Assembly (NCBI GenBank): GCA_016748015.1
Contig: JAAOMT010000181.1
Span: forward strand, 100,481 to 164,480
Source of the DNA: Geosiphon pyriformis uo1
Lineage: Eukaryota; Fungi; Glomeromycota
Length of the DNA stretch: 64,000 bases
Reading direction: 5' to 3'
The position numbers were made by a program, and so were the translations under genes. The notes beneath the pieces were generated by a model that saw only the letters and a list, made by a program, of their open reading frames with translations, ran no database searches and had not been told where the DNA came from. Positions 12,801-26,610 of this stretch are shown here, piece after piece (position 1 is the first letter of the stretch; the number at the start of each line of letters is the position of its first letter).

Positions 12801-15800
12801 AATGAATTATATAAGCTTTAAATAATAGTAAATAAATATCAATATTATTAAGATAAACAACTACTAATTTTCAAAGAAATCCAATATAAACAATATTTAT
12901 AAGCTTTTAAAATATTGTTAATATATTATATAGTTTAAAAAATATTATATTAAACTTGTAATTTTTTTTTAAATAATGAAAGTTATTTTAAAATAATCTT
13001 TAAGATCTATTATAACTTGTTGGTATTTATTTTTCATCTAATATTGAAAAGTATTTTAATTTTCCAAAAAATTTAATATATTATTAATTTATAGTAAAAA
13101 ATAGGCATCTTTAATTATAATATTGTTTAGTTAGTAAAAATTAACATAAAAATGTATTTTTTTATTTTTTTTTAACAAAAACTGAAAAAGTTTATAGATT
13201 TATTAATAGTTAAATAAGTCTATTGTTAAGTATTTGTTGTACTTTTTTTTAAATAAATTAATAGTTTTTTGTAATAATTTAATAAACTTGTTATTATTTT
13301 AATTTGATATTGTTCATATAGATTTGATGTTAAACCAAATTAGTTTTTTTCAAATTATTGTTATTTTTAGCAAATATGTTAGTGTATTTAACAATTAATT
13401 CTTTAAGTTATTTTTGTTATTATAGTTCTAATTATTCTATGTTAATTTAATATAATTTTTTAATAACAACATAATAATTTTTAGTAATAAAGATCAATTT
13501 AAATTTCAAGAAAGAATATCTAATTATTTTTGTGAAATTTAAAACTATTTAAAGTAACTTTTGTTAAAAAATATTACTGTAAATAATTTTACTTTTTAAG
13601 TAATTATCTAATATAATAAGATAGTTATTAAGATTATAAAATATAACTTTGAATTTTTTAATTTTTTAAGCAAATAAATGTTTGAAATTGAAATTTTATA
13701 TTCTTTGCAAATTTGTTGAGTGGTATTAAGTATAAGCAAATATAAGCTTTACAAATTTCTCTAAAAAGTAATAGAATAATTGTTCTTGGTAATTTAAGAA
13801 TTTGGTAAGATTTATTTTGTATATTAAAAACTATGTTTATTGAAACTGTAAATTGTCTAGTTGATTCAAAATTTTGAGTTTTTTTTTTACTTTTGCCAAG
13901 TTTTTCTTAATTTTTAACTAATTGTAAATTCGAAATATTAATTAAAAATAAATAAATAGCTTAAACAATTTTTTTAGCATTTAATTTTGAATAATTTTTT
14001 GGTTTTATTTTAGAGTATTATTGTAATATCTTTAATATATTCTGTATTAATAAATTTTATTCTAATATTGATTTTTTTGTTTTTCAATTGTTTTTGTTAA
14101 AATTTTAAAAGCAATTTTTAGATTAATTTTTGTAAGCAATTTTGGCTTTAAAATAAAAATATTTTTTTCTGAATATCGAAAATTATATTTTATATTAATT
14201 TTATGGGCTTTTTTTGGCTTAAATTTTTGCTTATTGTTGTCAAAATATTTGAAAAATAAAGTAAATTGGTTTTTAATAAGATAGATTAAAATTGTTAGAG
14301 CTTTTTTTTAATTTTTTCAAATTCAATTTCTTTTTAATTATCTTTAGTAAGTAATAATATGCTAAAAACATAGTATTTAAAACATTATATAGAGCATAAT
14401 ATATTTTTTACAAAGTTAAATATTTATTTGTTTTAATTATTAAATTTGTGTTTTTTTAAAAAAATAGACATGACTAGAAATTAAATAGTAGAATTCAACT
14501 TTATTTTCATAATTAAATTCAGTTAGTTTTATAATATATTCAATATATTTTGCCTTTTTTATTTAACAAACATTTACTTAGAATTTTTTATTAATTAGAA
14601 TTATTATAAGTTCATAAATTATTTTAATATCATGTAAATAGTAATATAGTTTATTAAAAGTACTATTGTATACTATAATAAAAATATTCTATATTTTACT
14701 TTTTCTAAAATAAAAAAAGCATATTGACAGATCTGATTGCAGACTTTTTTTATTATTACAATATTAACTTAGTTGTATTCTTTTAATAGCAATTTTTTAT
14801 ATGTGAAACAAGATGTGTTGTTCTATTTTCTATTTTTTTTTGAGCTGTCAAATTGTTTTTGATAGCAGGCTTTATAATAATAAAAAATACAAGTTTTTTT
14901 TTAAATAATATACAAACTTCTATAAATAAAAGCTTTTTGTTATAATTTTTACATTTAAGTAAAATATAAATTAATTGTTTTCTTAGATTTAGTTTTGAAT
15001 ATAGAACATATTAACTATTAACTAATTTATTTATAAAAATAGACTGTTAGCTTATTTTTTAAGTCACAATAATATTAATTGTATTATAAATGTTTTAAAA
15101 AGTTGTTTTGTTTTTTTAATCCAATTAAACCAAGAGTTAAAAATTATGTAAGTTTTAGTAATTAATTTTTTTTTTAAATTCAAAAACTAAGATTTTTATA
15201 GATTGTTTATTAAAAATATTATAAATAATTAATACTTAGATGTATTGTTTTTGATAAAAAAATTTTAGTTTTTGAATATTTTAATCTAAATTTGTATTGG
15301 TTTTAAGAAGCCAATTATTTCTAATAAAAGCTTAGTATTAAGATATATTTATGATAAAAACTTTAATTAAAATAGTGATTCCATTAACTATAAAAAAAAA
15401 ATTGACAATTTTTTTTATTGGTGTTTTTTTTATATTATTAACAGTGATAATTACTGTTTAAGTTAATTAGTCTACATTTTTTTTGAGTTGTTATATTAAC
15501 TAATAAGTAATAATACTTTTAACTAATCTACAGTTTAGAATTAATTAGATAGATTTTTTTTAACTTTGGCTTATAGTAATTGCTTTTTGTTTAAAGATTG
15601 CTATATTGCTAAACAAAAAAAGTGATTTATTAGTTTTAAATTTAAATGAAAATATGTCTAAAATATTAGCATTTTTGGTAATTTTTGCTGGTAAAATTGT
15701 AGTATAATTAAAGAAAAAGTTTTGCTGTTATGCTGTAATTTTACTTTTTAAAAATAAAATATAATAAAAATTTTGGTCTTTAAATATTGTAAAATAATTA

Positions 15801-15974
15801 AGTTAAATATAAAAGTATTTAAATGGCTGTTAATTGTTGTTACAAAGTATCAATTAATTGTTGGAAGACTAAAAACTTCTTTCTTTCATTCATCTCAAAT
15901 TCCCAAAAAAGAGTCCATAATTTTCTGAAAGAAGTTTTTTTTTTACTATTCAGCACAATATTTTTAAACTGTCT

Positions 15975-17810
15975 TTGCTTGATTATGAGACCACTATTGG
16001 CTCTAGTATTGCTGTTCTGAACATGTCTGTCATAAAGCCTGGTTTTAATGTTGGTGTCAAGTCTAATGAGTCTAGAAAGAAGAAAAGGAGTGGTTTTTTG
16101 GAGGACAATATAAGTAATAGAAAAATTGCTACTGCTAAAATGTCAAGTGGTCATTCATGGGGTTCTGAGACAGGCGATACTACTGAATCAGATAGTGTGG
16201 ACATGGAGGAAGAGTTTTTGGTTGAGGAGACCAGTTTTGATTATGGTGAAGGTGGTGCTACTGCTGGTAGAAACTTAAAACAAACTCCTAAGAGCTCAAA
16301 GATTCAAACTAAGAGAGTGCTTGGCAAACCACTGGGGAAGATTGATTTTTTAAGTAATAATGATAATAATAATATTCTCTTGAACAAACCTGTGGTTCTT
16401 TCCCCCTCTTTTGAAAAATTTGATCAATGTTTTTATTAGAAAATCTTTTGCTCTGGACATAAGTTTGGACAATGTTGTTGGAAAATTCACTCAGAAAAAG
16501 CTTGTGGTGGTCAGGAAACTATTTTCAAAAATCAATGGTTTTGGGAGGGTCTTTACTCCTTCAAAATTTGCTGGGATCATTAGAGCAACATTTACTTCCA
16601 AATTAAGTTTAATGAAAGCTATCAAGTTGACTACTAATGCAAAGATCTTGGTGAATACCAATCTAAAAAAATCATCTGGGCATTCAGATCAGGCTGTGAT
16701 GGTAAAAGAAATTCCTGTTGAAACATTGGTTGAGGCTGTGTGCACTGTATTTTCTGAATTTGGATTAATTAAATCAGTCAAGATGCAACTAGTGAGCCTA
16801 TGGCAGAAAGCAATTGTTGAATTTGAAGATCAGAATTAGGCTGATCTTTTGGCTTCTAGATAGTCCATTCTTATTGGGAAAGATGCTGTTCGTGTGGCTA
16901 GAACCAATTTTAATAAACAAATATGAGACTCTAGGGATCTGCATAAGACACTGCTTTATACTCTTCCTGTAGGAACCAATGCTCATGATATCTGAGATTA
17001 TATTGGCTCTATAGGTGAGAAGACTTGTATGATTAATTGTCATCTAGTCACATATGCTTGAACCAGGTGTGTCATTGTTTGTTTTGGGTCAGCTGAATCA
17101 TTGGATGCTGTCATGAGTACCACTCCTGTGTTAAGGAGTGCTTATCTTCATTGGTCTTATCTTGGTTCTGCTGTGTATACAAAGTGTAGTAAAGTGGGTT
17201 ACACTTTTTTAAGCTGTGCTTCTGGTGGGAAAATTTCTTCTGATAGCTCGTTATGTCGGGTTTTTTCAGATGCAGATAAAAACAGACTGGCAGCCATTTA
17301 TGCTAAATGTTTGGTGCCAGTTTTTCATTCTTTCTCTTTTGGTGGTGTTTCATGAACCAAGATTGTTGTTGGGTCTTCTTTTCCTCCTCTTTCTGTTCAG
17401 AATGTTTTGTTGAATGATGACTCCTCCTTGGAGATGAAGCCTACCCTGCATGTGTCTTTGGTATTGAATGATAGGTTTGCTGCTCTTGAGCACAGTCTCG
17501 TCAGTCTCACAGAGTGCATGGATAAGCTGGCTAAAAGATTGGATGCATTTGGGCCAACGGTTTCTCAGCTTAGCCCTAGATGTTAGCCATTGGTGACCTC
17601 TTCATTACAGAATCAAGGGGCGAATATAGTGATAAGTGAGAGTTCAGGTGTGATCACTGGTGGTAAGACTGTTGCAGGAGTGGTGGTTTTTGATTCTGCA
17701 GTTATATCAAAAATAGAGGAAACATTAAACAATTTTTTGATCACAGTTATGAGCCTTTCGGCTAAAATAGACAATGCTGGTTCAGTTCCTGCTATTCATT
17801 TTTCTCAATG
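15975..17810 (+). pseudogene. LINE ORF1 (RRM-like + CCHC), disrupted
   Basis: ORF fragments 15975-16439, 16411-16839, 17101-17355 and 17590-. Motifs KEIPV, SEFG.IKS.KMQLV.LWQKA.VEF. Confidence 0.88.
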
Positions 17811-18992
17811 TTGGATTTGGTTTGGAAAATTGCTATGTGCAATATTCGAGATATCAATGTCTCTGCTAAGCAGAAAAACATTGTTTGTTGGCATAGAAAA
17901 TTAGGGAATTTGGTCTTGATTGTTATGGAAACAAAATTAAGGTCCAGCTGTAGGCCATGGATTAAGAATAGGTTTGATGGTGTTCAGGTTTTTACTTCTG
18001 GTTTGGATGCAGATTTTCTTAGTGCTGGAATGGCCATAATCATAAACATCTCTCTAGCTTATTATGTGTGTAAAATTTCTGAGGTGCCTGGTTGGCTCCT
18101 TTCTATTAAGTTGCTTTTTAAAAATAAGCTGTTGGTATCAATTTTGGGACTTTATGCTGGTGCTTCCCTGTCTGTTTGTTTTGCTCAAGCTGGTGAAGTC
18201 AACTTTTTGATTGCAAAGACTATAAATGAGTTCTCTTTTGTTATCTTAGGTGGTAATTTCAATGAAGATGGATCTCACAAATGTGCTAGTTTCAAGAAAT
18301 GCTCTGATTTTGGTCTGGTCAATTCTTTGAGTGGGAGCTCATTTGTAAGAGTGCCAACATGGAGCAATTCTTGGGGTGTCTCAAAAATGATTGATTACGT
18401 GTTTGTTTTTTCAAGTTTGGCCAATGCAGTTGTACATTATAGTGTTTTGGATGTTAGTGAATATTTTGACACCAATCATCAAGCTGTTTCTGTGTCTGTG
18501 AGTTTGAGTGGCTTGTTGGATGTGCAGTTGAATTTTTTTCACAAGCAAGCGAATAAAAATTGTTGGAAGTTCAATTTTAAGGGTGTTAATGATGCAATGT
18601 GGACCAGATTTAAGGATGCTTCAGTAGCTAATGCTGCCATGTTCTTTGATGATTTTATTGCTTTCAAGTGATTTTCAAATTTGGATGTGATGTGAGATAC
18701 TGTTTACAAGTCTGTTACATTATCAGCTAATGAAATATTCAAAAAGAAATGGTTTAAAGACTCTGGTCACATCTTTACCAAAGAATCTTCGAAGTTTCAT
18801 AGATTAGAACTTTTGGTTTCAAAGATTGTTAGGGCTTGTTGTGGAGCTGATGTTGACAATTTTGGTTCTTTTATGAAGTGTTGGTGTTTTTTGGACAGTG
18901 CTAAGGCTTCGGTCATTCAGGATTTGGTGGACTTTGGTGTGACTTTTAATTGTGTTTGTTCAGCTTTTTGTGTCATCAGAAAGTCTTATCAT
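17808..18992 (+). pseudogene. LINE ORF2 N-terminus: apurinic-type endonuclease domain
   Basis: MLDLVWKIAMCNIR, ETKL, GLYAG, ILGG(D/N)FNE, KMIDYV, DT(D/N)HQAV are exo/endo/phosphatase motifs. Confidence 0.9.
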
Positions 18993-19969
18993 TGTTACCA
19001 GATGAAATTAGAGATATTGCTTAGCATGAAATTACTCTTATAATTCTTATCATTAATTAGCATTTCAAATTATCACTTATTATATTAGCAAAATATCCAA
19101 AATTATCATTTAATTAATAACCCAATTTGTACATAACACAAATGTAACCTAATTGTGATAATCAATCATGCAATATTCCAAACTATGTAACATTCAAAAA
19201 GTTTGCCGAAATTTGTAGAAATTTGCTGAAATAATTGATAGTTACCAAAATATCTAATAGTTCACAGAAATAACTTGTAGTTTGCCAAAATGTATCTCTA
19301 GTTTAGCAAAATTAAAGAAAATAGCAAAGTTCAAGTTTATAGAATAGTGTTATGACAAGTTGTATAAAAAAAGAGCTTCTCTCTTCGAGAAAATGTATCT
19401 TACTTCAGATTTAACAATTAGAATTATCCTTTACACACAAAAACAAAATAAATATCAAATAATTCGAAAAATCAAATCCTTAATTATTTCTCTTTTGAAA
19501 TTAACCCATTCCTACTAAACAGTTTTGAAATTGATTAGCTACCAATTTCAATAAACTGTTAGTGACTTCAGGCCTGAATAGAAAACGTTTCTCTTAACAA
19601 AATTCTATTTCTTTTACATTTTTTTTATTTTCTTTCTTTTATTTTTATTATTATAATTATTAGGGATAGCCTACAGACAAGATTCTTGTAGAAGAGTTGA
19701 CTTTCATAGCAAAGTAACTACACATTTTTAGTGAGCTTCCAGACAAGCAATTCCTGGGAAAGAGTTGACATTTATTACAATATAACTACATAAAGCAACT
19801 GGCACGGAATTGGCCATTCTACTGATAAGCCCAGCAGTTCAAATTATAGGAAATAATTTGAAGAGAAAATTCAGTTATTGAAGGTTCAAACACTTCCTAT
19901 AAGTCATGAATTAACAACATTACAACAAACATACAAGAGCTAAAAAGAGACCAAAAACCTCCGGTAACA
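18993..19969 (+). mobile_element. Solo LTR (977 bp) related to Gypsy B LTRs, opposite orientation
   Basis: TGTTACCAG...CCGGTAACA ends. Similar to the reverse complement of 26611-27626, with a more divergent 5' third. Flanked by TCAT (18989-18992) and TTGT (19970-19973). Confidence 0.9.
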
Positions 19970-19973
19970 TTGT

Positions 19974-20796
19974 TGTTACAGGTGTTTACTTGGTTGTTAA
20001 AGTAAATAACAAATCTGTAACTTGGTGTTCAAGACTGTTGTTGATGATGGCAATCTGAAGGTGTGTTTATCTGAAGGTTTTGGTTGAGTTCTTTGTATAA
20101 TAAACAGAGATTCAGTGGTAATAGTTTTATCCATAGCTTTCCAAAACCACAGTTTTGTCAATTTTTTTCTTAGCATAATGGCCAGTGTTTTTTCTAGTAA
20201 GCTAATCTCAATCGAGTATTCTACCCTTATTTCTGGGTTTTTTACCAGTACTATATCCTAATGTCAGTACCCCGTATGTTAATTCTTAATAGAATTAGTA
20301 ATAACAACAATTAAGACAAGAAAATAAAAGAAATAATATAAAGAAATGAGCCAAGGCAATGTGCAAGTTAGTATCCATCAATAGCCATAATTAAGAGCCA
20401 TTGTTCCAGTGTGGTTAAGTATCAATTGCTATCAACATGGAGTGTTAATAGTAAAGAGTGGATTTGGATGGTAAATAATTTATTTATTCAATATTTGTAA
20501 ATGGGAGATTTCTAACTAAAAGATTCTTTTTTTTTTACTTCTAACACTACTGCTATATACATAATTGATGTTCTATAAGATTGCTCATATTTCCGAGCAA
20601 TATGCTATGATTTTTTGAGCAATGCTCACATTACTAAGTGATGTGCTCTAATTTTCTAACATTGCTCCATATTGCTGAGCAATATGCCATATTTTTTGAC
20701 ATTGCTCTATGTTGCTAAGCAATGTGCTCACATGCTAAATACTATTCTCTTATTGGTTTGCTATTTTCTATATCTGTTTTCTTTTTATGAGTAACA
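19974..20796 (-). repeat. Gypsy A 3' LTR (823 bp)
   Basis: Direct repeat of 38632-39494, adjacent to the PPT. Confidence 0.95.
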
Positions 20797-20811
20797 TTAT
20801 CTCCTTCTTTT
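20797..20811 (-). promoter_or_regulatory. Polypurine tract of Gypsy A
   Basis: AAAAGAAGGAGATAA immediately before the 3' LTR on the minus strand. Confidence 0.8.
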
Positions 20812-21445
20812 AATATTGAGCTCTGTCGAAATCTTCATTTTGAATTAATTCTAATACTTTTTTTTCAAGTATTGTTTGTTCAACTCTGTTTTTCATGTTT
20901 TCTATTTGTGTATTGTTCATTCTTCCCCATTGGTTAATGGTTATGGTTTCCATGTCAGAGTGTAACAGTATTTCTGGATAGTTCTGAAATATGTTGTGTA
21001 GTTGGTAAATTGTTCTCACATGTAATGTTGAGTTCATTTTTTTCTTAATAAATTTTTCAATTTGCTATATTATGTTTTGGTTAAATATCCTTTTGGATTT
21101 GTCGATATACAACTCTTGAATATTCAACTTTTGTCCTAACTGGTAGTAACAGTATGATATTGAAAGTTGTTCTGTCTATTGCTTTCAATTCTCTTTTGTA
21201 AGTTCTTCTGTTGGTGTTATAATAGATATTTTTCCAAAAGTGTTCTTTACTTTTTCTATTATGTTATCTGACCAGTTTTTATCATTCTTTGGTAACTGCT
21301 GATATGATGCATTCTTTGTCTTTCTTTTGGTGTTTTGATAGCAAATTGTTTGATTGTTAATGATAATTTCTATGTCTAAAGGTTGTTAACTTAGGGCCTA
21401 GAATAATTGTTGAGCTATGGTATGAATATAATCTGGTATTTCCAT
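20810..21445 (-). pseudogene. Gypsy A ORF3 (~211 aa, uncharacterised helical protein in the env position)
   Basis: ATG at 21445 (MEIPDYIHTIAQQLF...) is in frame with ORF 20810-21037; internal stops are explainable by transitions. Shares YYQLG..L / R..YQL..IF / I..WG.M motifs with ORF 27607-28107. Confidence 0.7.
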
Positions 21446-21505
21446 TTTTCTTGGTTGTCTTTGTCGTGTATACTGTGTCTTTATATACTCTTTTATTGTT
21501 TGATT

Positions 21506-22881
21506 TTATGTTTTTGGTCCAATGATTATGATTGGTTCCAGATCTTGTGGAATCTTATCTGGTTGAACTAGTATTTGTTATACTCCTAATTGTGGAATGT
21601 TATTGGTAAATGATGATGTTATTTGGTAATATGGTTTTAGTTAATCACCATATGCTGCTTTGATTAAGATTTTGTTGTCTCATCTTAATTTATAAGTTTT
21701 ATTTTTAAGAATTTCTTCTATGTGAAATGGTCTGTCTCATTTGGGGTCAAATTTTCCACTCCATTGTTTTTCTGCTTTGGTATGATATAGCAGTACTTTG
21801 TCTTCAATCTTGAATTCAACTGGTTTGTCTGGTAGTTGATTATCATGTCTTTTTTTCTGTTTTTTTTGTGTTTTTTGGATGTTATCAGCTGCTCTTCGCC
21901 ATTTATTTTCTAATGTTTCCATTAAGTCATATGTTCTTTTTAGCAACATTCCTGAAAATTGTCTTTAGTTATTGGTTCTGTTGGATAAGTGGTAACTTCT
22001 ATCTCAACTGATAATGTTGCTGTTCTATTATATACTAATTCAAATGGTGTTGCTTGTGTAGTGTCTTGCTTTATTGTCCAATAAGCAAATAATACTAATA
22101 GTATGAACAAATTCCATTCATTCTGATTTTCTTGACTGATCTTGGCAATTGCTTTACACAATGTTCTGTTAAATCTCTCAACTAACCCATTTGTTTGTGG
22201 ATGGTATGATGATGATAATGGTCTTTTGATTTCAAATCTCTGACTTAATTTTGCTAATGTTCTGTTCACAAAGTAAGTTCTTTGATTTGATAATAGTTTT
22301 TTTGAACATCCATGTCGACAAATCAAATTTTAATGAACAAATTTGGCAACAGATTCTGTATCTGCTCTTTGAATGGCTTTTGTTTCTGGCTATTTTGTGA
22401 GATAGTTCATGGCTATTACAATATATCTGTTGCCTCTGTTGGTGATTGTTAGTGGTCTGACTAAGTTAATTTTAATGCGATCAAATAGTTGTTCCACTTT
22501 GATTGGTCTTAATGATTCACTAAGTCTTGTTCCTCTTTTTCTTTAATAAACATCACAATTTTGAACATATTGGATAATGTTTGGATACATTAATGACCAA
22601 TAATATCTTTTTCTGGTTTTTTCTATGGTTGCTTTTTTATGAAAATGTCCTGGTATTGGATCTGAGTACATGTTGAATAGTATTGTCTTTTTCTTTGGTT
22701 CTGTGATTACTCTGGTCAGTTGATCTGGATTTCTTTTGTTCTTTTGGTAAAATATATTTTGATGATTAATAAAATATTTTGATTGTTGTTTTATGTTGTT
22801 TTGTTCCTTTTAAGATAATTTCTTCTTAAACAATTGGGTATTTATATAATATTGTAGTTGTTGATATTTTTGTATATTCAT
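21506..22881 (-). pseudogene. Gypsy A integrase (HHCC-DDE), separate ORF
   Basis: Starts MNIQKYQQLQYY. Contains ICRHG, YHPQTNGLVERFNRTL, KAEKQWSGKF. Ends DLEPIIIIGPKT*. Confidence 0.88.
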
Positions 22882-22942
22882 TTTTTGTTATATTTTCATT
22901 GAGTTTGTTCTGGTTTTATTATATTTTTGGGTTGAGATGTTT

Positions 22943-24313
22943 TTAGATTTGTTTCATTCATGACAAATCATCAGCATTTCTGTTGTCTTTTCCCTTTTTA
23001 TAATGTATAGTGTAAGTATATAGTGATAGTGCCATTTTCTATCTTGATTGTCTTCTATCTCCAAATTCTTGTTTATGAAGTGCTGTTAATCTCTTGTGAT
23101 TCATGTATATATCAAACTTCTGGCTCAAGTATTCACTCCATTTCATGACTGCCCAATAAATTGCTAAATGTTCTAATTCTGGTGTTCCATAATTTCTTTC
23201 AGTTGGAGTTAAATCTCGGCTGGCATATACAACTGAATGTTCTCTTCCATCTGGTCCTCTCTGTGATAGTACTGCTCCCAATGCTTGGTCTAATATATTG
23301 GTGGTAATGATGAATGATTTATTGTGATCTAAATAGATCAGTACTAAAGCTTGTATAAGCTTTCTTCTTAAAATATCAAAAGCTTCTTGTTGTGCTTCTG
23401 TCTATTTGTATTTCACATTTTTGGTTTGAAGATGATTAAGTGATTGGGCTATCTTGGAAAAGTTTTTGATGAAGCATTGATAATAGTCTGTAAATCCCAA
23501 AAATGACTTTAACTCTGTTATATTGGTTGGTACTGAAAAGTTTTTGACTATCTCTATCTTTTTTGGATCTGTTTTAATGCCATCTTTGCTTACTATGTGC
23601 CCTAAAAAGTTTAATTTTGTCTTGTCAAAGAAGCACTTATTGGCGTTTAACTTTAGCCCTGTTCATCGTAGCCTTTCGAACACTTGTTGTAAATGATGCA
23701 AATGATCATCAAATGTTTTGGAGAACATATTGGTGTCATCTAAATAAATGACTACTGATTTCCACAACAAGCCAGTATATACTATTTCCATTAGCTATTG
23801 AAATGTGGCTGGTGCATTTGTTAAGCCGAATGGCATCACTTCAAATTCAAAATTTCCCTCCTGTGTTGTGAATGTGGTCTTTTCTTTGTTCACTGAATTT
23901 ATAGCTACTTGTCAGTAACCACTATCTAAATCCAATGTTGAAAACTATTTGTTTTTTCCAAAAGCATCAAATAATTCTTAAATCTGTGAAGTTGGATAGC
24001 TGTCTCCATGTGTGACTCTATTAAGCTTTCTGTAGTCCATGCAAAAGCAGATTTTCCCATTCTTTTTCCAGACGAGTATTACTGGTAATGACCATGAGCT
24101 TATTGATGACTGAATTAACCCATTGTTGAGCATCTGGTTGATTTCTTGACAAATGATCTTATGGCTGGCAGGTGGTACTCTGTATGCTCATTGTTTTATT
24201 GGCATTGTATCTCCAGTTTTGATCTGGTGCTGGATGATATCAGTTCTGCCAAATTTATTTTTACTGGCAAAGATGTCATTGAATTTATTGAGCAACATCT
24301 TCAGCTGCATGCA
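22943..24313 (-). pseudogene. Gypsy A reverse transcriptase + RNase H
   Basis: [20 protein letters not shown] (~23735), FLGHIVS, GAVLSQ..YASR..ERNY...LE.LAI. Ends LS(R)MKQI*. Confidence 0.92.
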
Positions 24314-24769
24314 TTAGAGTGGATCTAGATTCCCCACGTTTATTTGTTCCAATTGTTCTGGTTGGAGCAAATAACATTCATTTTGTCCATATATTGTTTG
24401 TGATGTGATGTCAACATATCCACAAAGCTGTGAAAAGTCTGGAATAGGGTTTGGTAGTTGGTTTTCTATTTCAGTAGTTAAATGTTCTATAATGGTTCTT
24501 TCTGGTATCTTCATAACCTTTCCGGTGTTGTTGTAAATGAGAATTTTGATGTGGCTGTAGTTCCTGGCTGGTATGTAGAGATTGATAAGTCCAATTTCTC
24601 CTGATTTACAATGTGCTGCTTCTGCTTCAAAAATCTGGTTCTGATCCTTTACTTTCCTTTTTATGACTACCATATACTGGTTATATAGTGGAATAGAAAT
24701 TGGTTGACCAGTAAAGATAATTTCTCCCTTGTCAATAATCTCTTCTTCCACCATATTAACTGATATATC

Positions 24770-25200
24770 TATTCTATTTGTTGATCCAAATCCCTGTATC
24801 TCTTTAACTGTAATCCCTAATTCTTTTCTGTTTTCCATTGACACTAACTAAGCTATTTTGACCAGAGACAGGAATATTGCCTGCACTATCTTTTCATTTG
24901 GCTCTATTACATAGGCTTTTTCTGAATTGTTTTGTAGCATAGCAATGATATTTTCCACATATCCTGCATCAATTATTTCTCCTTTGATGTTGATTTTTCT
25001 TTTTGCTAAATTACTTATAGATGCTAATTGAATTATTGTGGTTGCTAGAATTTCCAATGCTATTTTCAGATCAATGTAAGTATGCAAATGTGGTTTCAAT
25101 TTGATAGCATCTTTTTCAGGATATCTCAGATTAAACTTTGCATCAGTATCATGCACACACTCTGGCATGATACCTTTATTATTGTCACTGAACCACTTTA
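24770..25200 (-). pseudogene. Gypsy A dUTPase domain
   Basis: DA(G)F(D)LRY, IQLAS.S.LA, GEIIDAGY, EKIVQAIF, QGFGST: the five trimeric dUTPase motifs, partly decayed. Confidence 0.85.
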
Positions 25201-26610
25201 GCTCTTGTTCTTTGGTGAGGTCAGGAAGTGCTATAAATGTTTTGGAGTTTGGATTTGAGTCCAAATTGCTGTTATCTTTGTTGCCATATTGAACAGAACT
25301 AGAACTGATGTTTTCATTATTGTTATTGTCGGAGTTTGAATCAGAATTGAAAATTGATTCCAATTCTAATGTGCAGCTGCTGATTGGTTCTTCTTCTTCT
25401 GAGATTATATAGATTATGCAGATTGGTGGATTGTAAATAAGATCACACTCATTACAATATTGAAAGTCACATGGGATCAAATAGTGGTCACATAGTTGAG
25501 TGTTTAACTGTGTTAGCCACTGCTTCTGCTTCTCTCTTGTCAGTGCTAATCTCTGGTAATGCTCATGGAATTCCTTGGGATCATCTTCAATGTTACCAAA
25601 GACATTAAATATTTGGAAGTACTTAGGTTCAGGTAGCAACAGAGGGTTGTTTTTTATTTCCAGTAGTTTGCTGATTGTCATGCTTTTTGCTTTTGCACTT
25701 GCCATTCTTCAGAGTTTATGCTTATCATGTGGCTATCCTTCCAATTGTTGCAATGCTCATTTCCAGGCATTGTCAATTAGTGTTCCTTTGCATACCCAGT
25801 CGTTGATTAGGATTGTATACTGGCAGATTTCATTGCACATTTTTCTATGTCCAAAAATGTCATTCCATATTCCTTTGTCCAGGAGAGTCTTTCCACAAGC
25901 TAAACATGAGGTATTATCCCATTTTTTCACTCATTTTGGTTGTCTAAAGTGTTCTAGAATACACGCTTGGCAGTAAAGTTTGGTCGCTGTTGAGTATTCT
26001 TTGTTGTTGCCACAGTATGCACCCATTGATGACAATTTCTTGTTGCAATCGACGCATATAAGCTTTGGTCAATGATAGTTAGAGAGTTGTGGTAGTGTAT
26101 ATTGATGAGGGGTATAATTGTCAGTTGGTAGTAACTCTTTTTCCTTTACTTTTCCTTTTTATTTGCTGTTTTCTTCCCATTCCTAGCTTGGTGTTGGTTT
26201 GTTCTCATCATTGTTGGTCCAGTTCAGGTCATTAGTTTCTCAGGTAAGTTCTTCTTTTTGCTTTTCTTTGGTGTTGTTATCCCATAAGAGTATCAGCAGC
26301 AGTTTGTTATGGTCAACATTGGCTCACAAGACCTGATATGCTTCCCATGTAGGTTTTTTCTCTTTTTCCTTAAACTCGATAAGTGGTGTTGGTATGTTGA
26401 TGGTTTTGAAGTGGCCACACATGGCTGGTACAAGTGTATGTTGACCATTTTGGCTGAGTTGGAGCTCTTGTGTTGTCCAATCAAGTATAACATTTGTTTT
26501 AGTAAGCCAGTCATTACCAACTAGTGCTTATTATTAAGTGGCTTCCATCACCAAAACTTTGATAGGGACTATAATACCATTGACTTCAAAAGGGAAGTCA
26601 TCAATCTCAC

